The position numbers and the translations under genes are program-made. From the NCBI RefSeq assembly GCF_020745735.1, contig NC_083443.1, positions 19,581,006 through 19,645,005 of the forward strand: a stretch of DNA of 64,000 bases. The letters are read 5' to 3'. Under the pieces are notes generated by a model that did no database searches, was not told the DNA's origin, and saw only the letters and a list, made by a program, of their open reading frames with translations. This stretch comes from Hemiscyllium ocellatum (lineage: Eukaryota). Numbering within the stretch: position 1 is the first letter of the stretch; every line of letters begins with the position of its first letter. Positions 1 through 12,376 of the stretch are shown in pieces.

Positions 1-357
1 AAACTCCCATACTGTATATCAAAGTGCTGCTTGCAGAAGTCTCTCTAATTCAGAAAGTTTTAAGATGAATATGATGAACTCTGATTAATCAATGTTTTGG
101 CTAATTGTGTGTCCGTGACTATTTACATTTTCAACCCATCCATTCCTCCTGCCTGCTCTGTTATAGTTCTCTTTCTGCTGCTTATTTGAATTCTTTGCCT
201 CCTTCTCTGTACTTTATCTCCACCTTTCTATTTTCGGTATTTCTCTGTCTTTCTCTTCTCTCCATACCCCTATCTCAATCTTTCTAGGGATGGCTATATC
301 TTTCATCCTACTACATATTTCTCTCTGTCTTTCTGCATTTTTCTACCTCTCCCTCAG

Positions 358-378
358 TCTCTCTCTCTCTCTGTTAGT

Positions 379-411
<33 letters not shown>

Positions 412-416
412 GTCTC
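358..416. repeat. (CT)n/(CTGT)n microsatellite
   Basis: Directly visible dinucleotide and tetranucleotide runs. Confidence 0.9.
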
Positions 417-894
417 TTGCTCTGTCCCAGTGGAAATGAAGATTCCTGTGCTGTACCAATAAGCTGCAATGCTTCCCTACTGTAACACCCCTATCCTCCA
501 CCCCTCTCCAGGGATGTCCTTATCCCCAATTGTTCTGATTCCCCATGTCCCCTATCCACTATACCTGAGTCTTTAATGTCCCAATCCCCTCAATGTCCCA
601 AAGCCCCAATACTCTGATTCCCCCAGCGAGCCACTCCCACAATTCCTTGTCCTCAATCTCTGCAATGCCTTTCTATTCTTTCCATTGCCCCTCAATCCCC
701 ACATTCCCTTCTCACTCTCCCAGTGCTGTCCCCAGCCGCAGTGTTGGATTTGACAGAGATGTTTGGCAGGGCAGAGAGAAAAACTGCAGATCAATACCTG
801 AAAACTGTTTCCTCCTGATCTCAACATCTGTCAGAACCACATTTGAAAAATGCAAGTTTCAAATTCCCATGTTTTCCACAAAAGATTTCAGAAT

Positions 895-1512
895 TCAAAG
901 TTTGTGAGAAGATTTGTAGCTCGGGTGCCCGTTGTTGTGGTTCTGTTCGCCAAGCTGGGAATTTGTGTTGCAGACATTTCGTCCCCTGTCTAGGTGACAT
1001 CCTCAGTGCTTGGGAGCGCTTCTGTGATGTTCCCTCTGGCATTTATAGTGATTTGTATCTGCCACTTCTGGTTGTCAGTTCCAGCTGTCTGCTGCAGTGG
1101 CCGGTATATTGGGTCCAGGTCGATGTGCTTATTGATTGAATTTGTGGATGAATGCCATGCCTCTAGGAATTCCCTGGCTGTTCTCTGTTTGGCTCGTCCT
1201 ATAATAGTAGTGTTGTGCCAGTCGAATTCATGTTGCTTGTCATCTGCGTGTGTGGCTACTAAGGGTAGTTGGTCGTGTCGTTTCGTGGCTAGTTGGTGTT
1301 CATGGATGTGGATCGTTAGCTGTCTTCCTGTTTGTCCTATGTAGTATTTTGTGCAGTCTTTGCATGGGATTTTGTACACTACATTGGTTTTGCTCATGCT
1401 GGGTATCGGGTCCTTCGTCCTGGTGAGTTGTTGTCTGAGAGTGGCTGTTGGTTTGTGTGCTGTTATGAGTCCTAGTGGTCGCAGTATTCTGGCTGTTAGT
1501 AGTCAAACTGAC
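895..1512 (-). mobile_element. Penelope-like element 3' portion (GIY-YIG endonuclease, hammerhead motif, tail), ending just past a fold-back apex
   Basis: ORF 990..1397(-) encodes VVYKIPCKDC..YIGQTGR..HEH..REFLEAWH..INK. Hammerhead motif at 970-1009(-). Same family and same apex as 17349-18540. Confidence 0.88.
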
Positions 1513-2150
1513 ACCCTTATACCCTCATTGCACCCTCACACTCCTCACTCTCCCTCACACCCTCACCCCTCCCTCAAACCCCTCACAAATCCCTCAGACC
1601 CTCACCCCTCCCTCAAACACCTCACACATCCCTCACACCTTCACCCATCCCTCGCACCCTCACCCAACCCTCACACCCTCATCCCTCCTTCACACCCCTC
1701 ACCACTCCCTCACACTCTCACCCCTCCCACATACCCACACCCCTCCCACTCATCCTTATCCCTCTCTCACACCCTCATCCCTCCCTTACAACCTTCACCC
1801 CTCCCTCACACCCCTCACACATCTCTCAGACCCTCACCTCTCCCTCAAACCCCTCACACATCCATCACACCCTCACCCCTCCCTCACACCCTCACCACTC
1901 CCTCACACTCTCACCCTTCCTCACATCCCTCACTCTTCCTTCACACCCTCACCCATTCATTGCACCCTCACTGCTCCCCCACACCCCTCACACCCTCACA
2001 CATCCCTCACACCCTCACCCATTTCTCACACCCTCACTGCTCCCTCACCCCCTTATCCCTCCCTCACACCCCTCACACATCCCTCACACCCTTGCCCCAC
2101 CCACACACCCTCACCCATTCCTCACACCCTCATTCCTTTCTCACACCCGT
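1513..2150. repeat. Degenerate C/A/T-rich tandem tract built from CCCTCA/CACAC units
   Basis: About 640 bp almost devoid of G on the + strand, with recurring CACACCCTCA units. Confidence 0.9.
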
Positions 2151-2434
2151 CACTTCTGCAGTTTTTTGTCTCTTCCTTCATTCCCAGTCACATCTCCCTG
2201 ACAGTCCTCCAAACCCACCCCTGCTTCGTCCCCTAAATGGTTTGTTGCAGTTATACAACAGCAAAGTCCCTTTAAAAGTGTCACTCTGTGTGAGAGTTTA
2301 TTAATGACCCCCTAGTCACTGTGGAATGATCCAATGATTCTGGAGCTGTCTGCCTTTTGTGTTGAGAGAAACACTGAAAACAGCGAGATGTGAAGGAAAG
2401 ACAGCATGGCACTTAATAGACCTCATAATACAAC

Positions 2435-2619
2435 TGAAAATGTGTTGCTGGTTAAAGCACAGCAGGTTAGGCAGCATCCAAGGAATAGGAAATTCGACGT
2501 TTCGGGCATAAGCCCTTCATCATTTTTCCTATTCCTTGGATGCTGCCTAACCTGCTGTGCTTTAACCAGCAACACATTTTCAACTGTGATCTCCAGCATC
2601 TGCAGACCTCATTTTTTAC
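2435..2619. mobile_element. Short fold-back Penelope terminal-repeat insertion (family A) with hammerhead motif on the - strand
   Basis: Inverted arms 2435-2492 and 2525-2582. TGATGAagggcttatgcccGAAACGTC on the - strand. 14-bp TSD CCTCATAATACAAC at 2421-2434 and 2620-2633. Confidence 0.85.
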
Positions 2620-5164
2620 CCTCATAATACAACACTGAGTTCAACAACTTCAGGGCAATGAACACTGTCCTCCATTTTGATTACAACATGTACACCCAAC
2701 CGTGTCTTGCTGCATGGGTCTCCTTTCAGCAGAAGTGACCAAGCTTCTACTCTTCATACCTATCATTAACATCTATTCTGCATCTGTATAACTCCTTTGC
2801 TACCATCAGCACTCGCTTTGCCTTTTGGTCTGGCACCTTTGCTGTCATTTCCACTTGACCTGCCTCTTCCTCATTAACAGCACTAAAACCATTATCTTGC
2901 AGATCCCTTTGCTTCCACAGAAGAGTAATATGAAATTTTAAAGACTATCGCTGTCTCTCTCTCTCTCTCTCTCTCTATAGTTGCTGCCAGACTTGCCAAA
3001 TTTCTCCCGCAGTTTCTGCTTCTATCTAAGCAGTCAAGAGAGATGGAAATGAAGATTGAGGAGCAAGGAGTAGAAAAAGCACTGAGGCAACACCATTCCC
3101 AATCTATACCTTCATTAATGATTCCCATGTATACTGTTTTAATCAGACACAGTCCACTCACTAACTGCATTACAAAAACTGACCCTGTTCCAAAGGGGTA
3201 GAACTTCATTTCATTCCCTTGCAATAAGATGCTGAACATCAGAATGAAGAATAGATCTATGTTAATATTAGAAGAAAGAATCTTCTAAATGAACATTTTG
3301 AAATGTTGTTGAAGATGGAAAATGTGTCTGTTGAAATTCAGCCTAAAAATTGAATCAATTATAGAGCTCACCAATTTTTATTCATTTTAAGGGAAAGTAC
3401 ACATCAGGGCTAACACATTTATTGCTGTAGCAGATATTTCACAGGAAACTGCATGGGGGAGAGATACCACCAACTAATTTCATAGGGACTTACTTAACAA
3501 TACATCTTGCTGTAAGAAAAAATCATATTCTAGATCATATTCAAGTCCCACTGGAAGCTGCATGCATTTCAATGTGTTTATTTGCTTCTCAGTTAAAAGG
3601 ACAGTGAAATGTCGCAGGCTGTGACAGCAGGTCTTTAGAGAATGTACACAGGACCTTTTAGCAGTTTGTAAAAGCCACAGATGCTTGGTTATGAATTCAA
3701 AGAAGAGTTTAATCTCTTGAGTTTTATTTTCACATTGCATAATTATCCTTAACAGCAATAGATTTAAAATATCCTTTGTCTGCGTCTACTTATCTAAAAT
3801 CAGGAGGAGGTGTTTCTATGAAGAAGGCCAGTTACATTTATATAGTGCCCACAGGACATGCCAAAGCACTTTACAAGCAAAGAAGTGCAAAGTCGTGACT
3901 GGAGTGATGTTAGAAATGTGACATCCAATTGGCACATAGCAAGATCCCACATCCTCCAATGTGATAACAACCAGATATTCTGAGTTCTTAAATAAAGCAA
4001 AGAATACATTGAACAACAGTGAGAATCAAATAATTTTGGCAAACTCGTTTGAAAGAGTCAGAGAAAGTGCTACACTTTCAAACTAAAGAAAAATTATGTA
4101 AAATAAAATGCAAAACTGGAAATTCTGGAAACAAAAACAGAAATTGCTGGAGGAGCTCAGCAGGTCTGGCAGCATCTGCGGAGAGAGAAAGTAGAGTCAA
4201 CGTTTCAACTCCAGTCACCCTTAAGCAAAGAAACAATTAGGTATTTTGTTCACACTCTGCTTTACACAGAGGAATTGATTCTCCAACAGTTCAAGAAGGC
4301 TGCCCTGCATCACCTTTCCCAGGACAATTAGGGATGGACAATAAATGCTGGATGCCCACATCCCATCAATTAATAAAAAAATCATTAACTTGTACAGTCT
4401 CCGTGCAACACCTCCGAAGGGTCCAGTTGCAAACCAATCAACACTCGCTTCCTATTCAGTATAAATGTTGCTTTCTGTTCTAGTTAGTATTTCTTTTGTA
4501 TTGTCCTAATGACTGCAAACTTTGACAAAATGTGTTTTTTACTCAACAATAATTCCATTTTCTCAATGGAATAGATTATGCATGAAAGTCTTTAGTTGTA
4601 GAATGACATTGTTACAGAAAAGAATACAACGTGGACTGTGTCTTCAAAATACCTTAGGATTGTTATAAATTAGCGAATAAAAAGAAAAGGCTGATTTATG
4701 AAGGGATGGAAACCATTAATCATGTTAATATGAAGAATGAGTATACTTCATAAGCATATTGGGGATACCAGCTGTCCTGCATATTACAGGTCAGTGCTGC
4801 ACTTCTGCACACATTTCCAGTCCTCATGTGTGCCTTATTCTGTTTCATCAAAACCATCTGTTGGGATTTGAGTCCTCATGTCAGCTCCATTTTGCCACAT
4901 CTCTGAGATGTCTGTATTAATTGCATGAAATCAGCACATATCATCTCACAGCAACCAGCCTTCATCTATTTAAACCACACATGGGAATGGCAATAAATTT
5001 CATGCTGAACCAAACACAATAAAAGCTAGGGCAAAGTGAAAAGATCATGCAAACAAAATGCAATAAACCGCTGTTGGTGCGAATCAGAAAATAAAATGAC
5101 CAGTCAGCAATAATGTAGAGGACACATGCATTAACCCATGCTGCTGGGAGCAGACCTGATAGCT

Positions 5165-5780
5165 GGTTTTTTTATGGGATGATAGAGTCACTGGCTAGGC
5201 CAGCATTTAAAGCCCATATCAAGTTGACCTAGTGAAGGTTGTAGTGAGGTGCTGCAGAGTGTATGATGTCCGATACATTCACAGTGTTGCTTGGGTGTAA
5301 TAGCAGGATCTTAAGCCAGCGATACGGAAGGAAAAGCGATATATTTCCAAGTCAAGATGGTGTGTGGCTTAAAGGGGAACTTGCAAAGAGTGGTATTCCC
5401 ACGTCTCTGCCACCTATAACTTTCTAGGTGATAACGGTGTGGATTTGGAAAGGGCTGTCAAAGTAAGTTGTTGGAGTGCGTCTTGTAGTTTGTGTTCACT
5501 ACAACAACTGTGTGTCAGTGATGAAGGGAGTGAATGTTAAAGGTGGATGGGATGCCAACCAAATGGTCTGCTGTATCCTGAATGGTTTAATACTTTCTGG
5601 GAGCTGCATTCATCCCCAGGTAAGTGGGGAGCAGTCCATCACACTCCTGACTTGTCCTTCTTTGGTGGTGGATAGCTTTGGGAAGTTAGTAGGGGAAGGT
5701 TAGTCAATTCTGAATTCTGAGCCTCTGACCTGCTCTTGTAGCCACAGTATTTTATACTGCTGCAGTTGAGTTTTCTTGTC
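5165..5780 (-). mobile_element. Decayed LINE 3' fragment sharing its tail with the SINEs at 6612 and 12988
   Basis: GGCTAGGCCAGCATTT..GCCCAT tail motif and downstream sequence recur at about 24870-25200, 57570-57990 and 61080-61420. Confidence 0.55.
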
Positions 5781-6611
5781 TCTGTACAGATGCTGCCGAA
5801 AAATTGGCCAATAGTTAAAACTCAAGCTGGTGATAACTCAGATGAATGTTTATGTTGCACTCATAAGCCTCTGACTGAAAACACACACTTATGTTAATTG
5901 TCTAACAATCAGGAAAGTCTTTCAGATGCCAACAGACATTTACAAGTGACAGCAGCAGTTTATTGCATTTCTGACATTTAGACTTGTGATGTGGACATTC
6001 CAATATGTCACGGACATGCACTGAGAAATGATTCAGTTAGATTGATAATCCGTAATCTGTTCATGTTTGCTGTTGCTGAAAAATCAGCTCTTCTCCAGAG
6101 AAACACATTCTAAAGTCGCCACCGTACCAACCCGCAATAACCCGGGGAAAGCAAATAAGCAAAACAAGAATGCAAAATTCTGAGCAGTTTGTGTCAGACA
6201 TGTTGTTGGAGTGGGTCTGACTCTCTCGGCGTGATTCAATCTATACACATATTCAGTGCCACTTTAACTAGTGCCAATTTTACAGCAGCAACGATTCTGC
6301 AGTTGGGCGATGGTGTTGTTTGGATGACATTTGCCTCCATTCCATAATCAGCTGAATATCCTCCAACGTATTCACTAACCAAGAGATCAAATTGACTCCT
6401 GCTGCTCTTCACACCTACACACAGATTCATACAAGCAATGGAGAAGGCGCACAATGAGAAAACAGGTAATCGGCTGTAGATAGTGGCTGCGACCTTTACT
6501 TTAATGCAGGGCTGCTGAAGGTGTTTTTGTTTCACATGAACCAAAGGCCCATCTACCCTCTCAGATAGACCTGAATGATCCCATCACACCATTAGAAGAA
6601 TAGTATGGGAG

Positions 6612-6970
6612 GTTTTTTTTCTATATTCATCCCAAGGGATGAGGGTACCATCAGCTAGGCAGCATTTATTGCCAATCCCTAATTAACCAGAGGGCAGTTC
6701 AGAGCCAATCATGTTGCTGTGGGTCTGGAGTCACATTTAGGCAGACTGGGTAAGGATGGCAGTTTCCTTCCCTCAAGTGCATTAGTGAACCAGATGGGTT
6801 TTTCCAGCAATCAACAATGACTTCATGGTCGTCATTCGATTCTTAATTCCAGGTTTCTTTTTTTTTATTGAATTCAAATTCCAACATCTGCCGAACTCAG
6901 GTCCCCAGAACATTCGCTGGGGCTCTGGATGAACTGTCCAGCAATAATAAGACTAGGCCATCACCTCGCC
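6612..6970 (-). mobile_element. tRNA-derived SINE inserted in an older Deu-domain-like SINE
   Basis: Collinear with a second copy at 12988-13327, with a tRNA-like head at the right end on the - strand. The flanks (about 6545-6611 and 6971-7120) resemble the SINE at 43575-44075. Confidence 0.65.
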
Positions 6971-8489
6971 CTAAACAAATCACCTTGTGATTTATTTCTC
7001 TGCTGTTGGAGCTGGCTGTGCACAAATTGGTTGATGAATTTCCCACAGTACACTGTTAATGACTCTTCAAAAAAAGGCACTCGATTAGCATCGACCATCC
7101 TTTGGCACTCTGGAGTTGTGAGAGTTGAGATGGAGCCAGACTTTAGAAAATGGGAGGGCCTATCAGAGCCCAGGCAGATCCTGTGGAGGGGAATTGATGC
7201 AGGTGAGAACGGGGTGTTGAGATTAATAGGACAGGAGAAGGGAAAACACAGAATTCGGAATATCTTGGGTTCGGAGCAGGCTTTCCACGTGTCACAAGGG
7301 TTCAGTTCCTCCTCTTTCTCAGGAATTAGTAAAGCTGAAGCAAGGGTAGGCATTAAGAATGATGATCCTGAAGGTAATTTGCAAAGCTGAGCTCCAAGCA
7401 TTTCTTTCCTTTTGTGACAATTATTCTTGATCATTTTTTAATTCTACAAGGATTAATCCTTGCATTTCTCTGAAAAGCAACAAGTTAATGTCCTGATTCT
7501 TTCCTTCTCCTAGTTTATTTTTAATATGCTCCGTCCTAATCAGGTTGCTAAATTAATTCCAACCAGTGCCAATTTTATTTCAGTATTGTAATCACTGAGC
7601 ATCATTTATCTGGGGAAGGGATGCCCTCTCATTGTCATTACAAAACTGTGATCATCATATTGGCTTCTTTCTTAAATCTGTAATTAGGAGTTGGCATAAA
7701 TCAATCACAACAGATCAACATGAAGACTTCTACTGGGACAGACGAGGTCACTTTTCCAGGTCAATTCTGCTTTTTCATAGTATTACATGTTTTTTTTTAA
7801 ATTCCCAATTTCTTCCTGATTTGTCTCCCTGAAGAAATTGCAAGCCTCCGTAAAAATACCAATGGAAGTAAAGTTAAAGGATATCCCTACCATTTGTAGT
7901 TCAGGGTTGGAAAATCAAGCCATAAGCCCTTGATCAGTACACATACTTTCTATTATTTATTAATTTTGTTGCTACATACTCAGAATATTCTGCACCATAT
8001 TCTTAACGATGGCAATTGTGTTAAATTAGTTATGTTGTTGTTGTCCCAATTCAGAGAAATTATTGGATCTAGCATTAGTGCAGAGCTTCTTTTCCCAGTT
8101 TCCACTGTTTCCCTCTCTCACATCAACACTTTGTGGAGGGACAAATTTTCAACTTGCTACTGACTGATTTAAATGGATAGGAAATGTGGCCATTCCCATA
8201 ATGTCCTCTGCACTGGTAATATCAGTTTTATATTGAATAATAAGTTGAGAATGACCCCACGTTGATATTTTCTCACCAACTTGCTCAAAGATGTTATTAC
8301 ATACTTGGCCTCTTGGCTCAGAGATAGGGATAATACCACTGTACCACAAGAGACTGATTGTCTCATGTCTTCCTGCATTATGTAGTGTGCTAATTTACAT
8401 TCATTGCCAATGGAAACCAGATTATCTTTTCCGAATATCAAGTAAAATGCAAAAATGGATAGTCAGTTGTTCAGAACTATTCCCAGTGA

Positions 8490-8980
8490 TGAAGAGAGGT
8501 TTAAGGTGCAGAGTAGGTTTACCAGAATTACAGGCTATGAGCTATCGGAGAGAGTAGAAAAACTCAGTTGGTTTTCTCTGGAGCAGCAGAGGCTAGGGGA
8601 TGACTTGATAAAAGTCTATAAAATTATGAGATGTATGGCTAGGGTTGACAGTCAGAATCTTTAGCCCCGAGTTGAAATATCTAATACTAGAGGGCATGCA
8701 ATTAAGGTGAGAGGGGGAAAGTTCAAAGGAGATGTGAGGGGCAAGTTTATTTTACACAGCAAGTGGTAGGGGTCTGGAATGTGCTGCCAGGGGTGATGAT
8801 GGAGGTAAATAGGATAGGGGCCTTTAAGTGGCTTTTAGTTAAGCACATGAATATGGAAGGAATGGAGGGAAATGGATGAAGGACAGACAGAAGGGATTAG
8901 TTTAATTTAGCATCATGTTCAGTACAACATCACAGGCCGAAGGGGCCGTTCCTGTGCTGTACTGTTCTATATTCTATGAT
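8490..8980 (+). mobile_element. CR1/HER1-type LINE 3' fragment
   Basis: RT C-terminal FSLEQQRLGDDLIKVYKIMR and a 3' tail GGCCGAAGG..CCTGTGCTGTACTGTTCTAT. Confidence 0.85.
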
Positions 8981-9582
8981 GGAAGGTGATTAGCCAAGAA
9001 ACAGGCCCTGCTTTAACCCATCGCCCAGTGGGACAACTTATATCCATGTGGCAGCCCATCCCAAACTTCCCAAAGTCATGTTAACAGGTTGGATTACTGC
9101 AGCTCCCACATCAGGGGAAGCCAAGCAATTATCACGTTGAGTCAGACGTAGCTCAAAACAAAGTTGTTACCATTGCAAAAGTCTGCAGGATGAAAGATCA
9201 AAATTGCTGTTTTCTTTGACCTAGCAATGTAATTGAACAGTGAGTCTAAAGCAAGTGTAAATTGTAAATCCTGTTTCTTTGGCACATCGGCATTTCTGTT
9301 GATGAAGAAATGCGTGTTACCTGCAGATTTAACTACAAGGGAGCTACTGCAGAAAGAAAACTCTGGACTTAGACAAAAGCAATTACGATTTGATTTGCCC
9401 ACGGGGACCAGAACGCAGTTCACAGAAATCCCATCCTGTGAGTGATTTGAGAATGTGAGATGATTTAATTCTCACTTCACATCACAGTGCCGGTAGATTT
9501 AACTTGGAACCATTATGGTTTACTTTATATCTGTGTTAGCGTCAAACCAAAGTCCTTGAAAATCTTTCTCGAGGTCATATGG

Positions 9583-9927
9583 AAGGAGAAAGTGAGGACT
9601 GCAGATGCTGGAGGTCAGAGTTGAGAGGGTAATGCTTGAAAAGTACAGCAGGTCAGGCAGCATCCGAGGAATAGGAGAATCAACGTTCTGGGTATAAGCC
9701 CTTCATCAGGAATTCTGATGAAGGGCTTATACCCAGAACGTTGATTCTCCTATTCCTCGGATGCTGTCTGACCTGCTGTGCTTTTCCAGCACCACACTCT
9801 CAACTCAATGTCATATGGGAGAAAGTGAGGATTGCAGATGCTGGCGATCAGAGCTGAAAGTGTGTGAAGAAGGGCTCAGGCCCGAAACATCGACTCTCCT
9901 GTTCCTTAGATACTGCCTGACCTGCTG
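9583..9927. mobile_element. Two adjacent family-A Penelope terminal-repeat insertions (9583-9803 fold-back; 9819-9927 rearranged)
   Basis: 92-bp inverted arms at 9618-9709 and 9715-9806, centred on CTTCATCAG gaatt CTGATGAAG. The target sequence is present three times (9568, 9804, 9928). Confidence 0.85.
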
Positions 9928-10458
9928 CTCAATGTCATATGGACTTTGTTGAAAGGTCGTTGACCTGAAACATTATCTTATTTCTCTCTTTCTGTCTGTC
10001 TCTCTGAGACATTTATTTTCAGAATCCAAAGAACAAAAAGAATGATGATGCCCATTCTTATCAAACTCCAAATAGTGTGCAGCCAACAATCAATAGGATT
10101 CATGTAAAACTGTATTAGAGATTAGTGCGCACCAGAAAAGAAATGTTAATGTTAAGAATATATTAAAAATATTCAAAATGGTGTTCAACAATAAAGAAAC
10201 ACCACAAAAAGATTGAGACTCATTAAAGGGGTAGGGATGGTAATGTGATGCTAATCCCCACTTCTCACAATATCAGATCAGAGACCCAGTTGAGTACAAT
10301 GCAACACAATGCAGTCAGACAGTGTGAAGGACGTTAATAGCCTGTGTTCAAACTGTGTGAATGACTCATTCATTAAACTTTGAGTGGTATTGAAGGGTGG
10401 GGGGGGGTCTCCTGTCATTTGACTGGAGTATTGCAGCTGGAAGGGGATCTCTGACTTG

Positions 10459-10785
10459 GGGGGGCGGCACAGTGACTCAGTGGTAAGCGCTGCTACCTCA
10501 CAGCACCAGGGACCCAGGGTCAAATCCTGCCTTGGACGACTGTCTGTGTGGAGTTTGCATGTTTTCCCAGTATCTACATGGGTTTCCTCCAGGTGCTCTG
10601 GTTTCCTCCCACAATCCAAAGATGTGCGGTCAGGTGAATTGGCCATGCTAAATTGCCCATCGTGTAGGTTATTAGTCAGGGATGAATGTAAGGGAATGGG
10701 TCTGGGTGGGTTACTCTTCAAAGGGTTGGTGTGGACTTGTAGGTCTGAAGGGCTTGTTTCCACACTGTAGGGAATCTAATTAATT
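10459..10785 (+). mobile_element. HE1-type V-SINE
   Basis: tRNA-like head GGCGGCACAGTGACTCAGTGG, V-domain CTGTGTGGAGTTTGCATGTT..., CR1-like tail with (AATCT) end. Confidence 0.88.
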
Positions 10786-11361
10786 TTAAAAAAAGACTCT
10801 TTCATTCGCAGCCAGTTCAGGTCTTTACGGCTAACAGACCTAAACGCTAGCTTTACTTCAGTGCTGAATACGTGGGATGCCAACGCCCCATTATACCCAG
10901 TAGTTAATCAACCACGGCTGCTAAAGTCAAATTCTCAATTTCATCTCATTTTCTGTGCGCAAATAATTTCCTGGAGTAAGGATCTTACAGTGTTTCCAAT
11001 TCATTATCATTTTTATTTTCCTCATCCTTCAGGTTTTTGGGTCCTCAAATTTCACAAAGGGCGGAATCCAAGGCACCTGAGACCTGGGTGAACATCAGGA
11101 CCAACAATCCATCTCCTCAACCAACAAGATTTACACAGTGAGATGGCACCAAAGCAAGATAGAGAAGAAAATGAGGTGAATTAGACTCAAACCAGAGCAG
11201 GGAGAGATATTAAAAGTAGTAAATAAATATTGGATCAAGAGAAGTTGACGAGGGATCAAAAGGAAAAGTAAGAAGTAATTTTTACAGTTATTTTATCATT
11301 CAGAAAGAAATCTCTACAAGCAATTTACAACCTGTATAAGTGAGTCTCTACACACATCTAA

Positions 11362-11597
11362 ATAAAAACTGAAAGAACTGCAGATGCTGTAAATCAGAAT
11401 CAAAAATAGAAGCTGCTGGAAATACTCAACAAGTCTGGCAGCATCTGTGGACAGAAATCAGAGTTAACATTATGGATTGAGTGACCCTTCCTCAGAACTG
11501 CTCTGAGAAATGTTAACCCAAAACGTTAACTCTGATTTCTCTCCACAGATGCTGCCAGACCTGCTCAGCTTTTCCAGCAATTTCCACTTTTGTCTCG
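11362..11597. mobile_element. Older fold-back Penelope-type terminal repeat (family D)
   Basis: Inverted arms TCTGGCAGCATCTGTGG..GAGTTAAC and GTTAACTC..CCACAGATGCTGCCAGA, with a decayed CTGAnGA..GAAACGTT motif. Related pieces lie at about 4120-4222, 21280-21375, 24600-24730, 35712-36050 and 53830-53990. Confidence 0.65.
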
Positions 11598-12066
11598 ACA
11601 TTTATCACCTCCCATACAAGTGTTCTAAAGATCTTAACCACCAGTAGTACATTTTTTTTGAGTTCAATGTTGTTTGCTTGGGAAAGTGAGCAATATCTTG
11701 AAACTAACAAGAAATTTGTCAGTATTTTATGAGGCCAACACCAGAGTGGAGCGAATCAATGTGAAATTTGTGGCGATTTGTCACTCCAGTAATATCTCTT
11801 CCTCACAGCAATTTGCAGGGTTATTTACACATGGATAACAATTCATATAATAAATTCATTGTAATTTTCCTAGTACATTCTGGCCTTATTTTAACAATTA
11901 CTGTGGTCAGTACTCTGTATTGTTTGTTTCACTCGAGAACAGGAACATAAAGACAGGATGAGTTTTAATATATTAAACACCATTCTCTTCTGATACCATC
12001 TCTACGCTTAGAGACTGCTCATTTTACCAACCCAATGTAAAATACTTGAAAGTTTGAAAGATCTTT

Positions 12067-12376
12067 GGGCGGCACGGTGGCACAGTGGTTAGTACTGCTG
12101 CCTCACAGCGCCAGGGACCTGGGTTCAATTCCCGCCTCAGGCGACTGTGTGGAGTTTGCACGTTCTCCCCGTGTCTGCGTGGGTTTCCTCCGGGTGCTCC
12201 GGTTTCCTCCCACAGTCCAAAGATGTGCGGGTCAGGTGAATTGGCCATGCTAAATTGCCCGTAGTGTTAGGTAAGGGGTATATGTAGGGGTATGGGTGGG
12301 TTGCGCTTCGGCGGGTCGGTGTGGACTTGTTGGGCCAAACGGCCTGTTTCCACACTGTAAGTAACCTAATCTAATC
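12067..12376 (+). mobile_element. HE1-type V-SINE, young full-length copy
   Basis: A box TGGCACAGTGG, B box GGTTCAATTCC, V-domain, CpG-rich tail and (CTAAT)n end. Nearly identical to 25844-26156. Confidence 0.92.

Noticed and set aside
1351-2304. 317-aa and 253-aa Pro/His/Thr/Leu-rich ORFs
   Set aside because: Translations of a G-poor simple repeat that rarely forms stop codons.
9618-9806. Interpretation of short inverted-repeat elements as DNA-transposon MITEs or pre-miRNAs
   Set aside because: Variable long TSDs, an asymmetric tail, hammerhead motifs and identity to the 3' end of GIY-YIG elements at 38609 and 50480 point to Penelope retroelements.
12067-12140. tRNA-like sequence (also 10459, 25844, 36395)
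   Set aside because: Head of a V-SINE continuing into the V-domain and LINE tail, not a tRNA gene.
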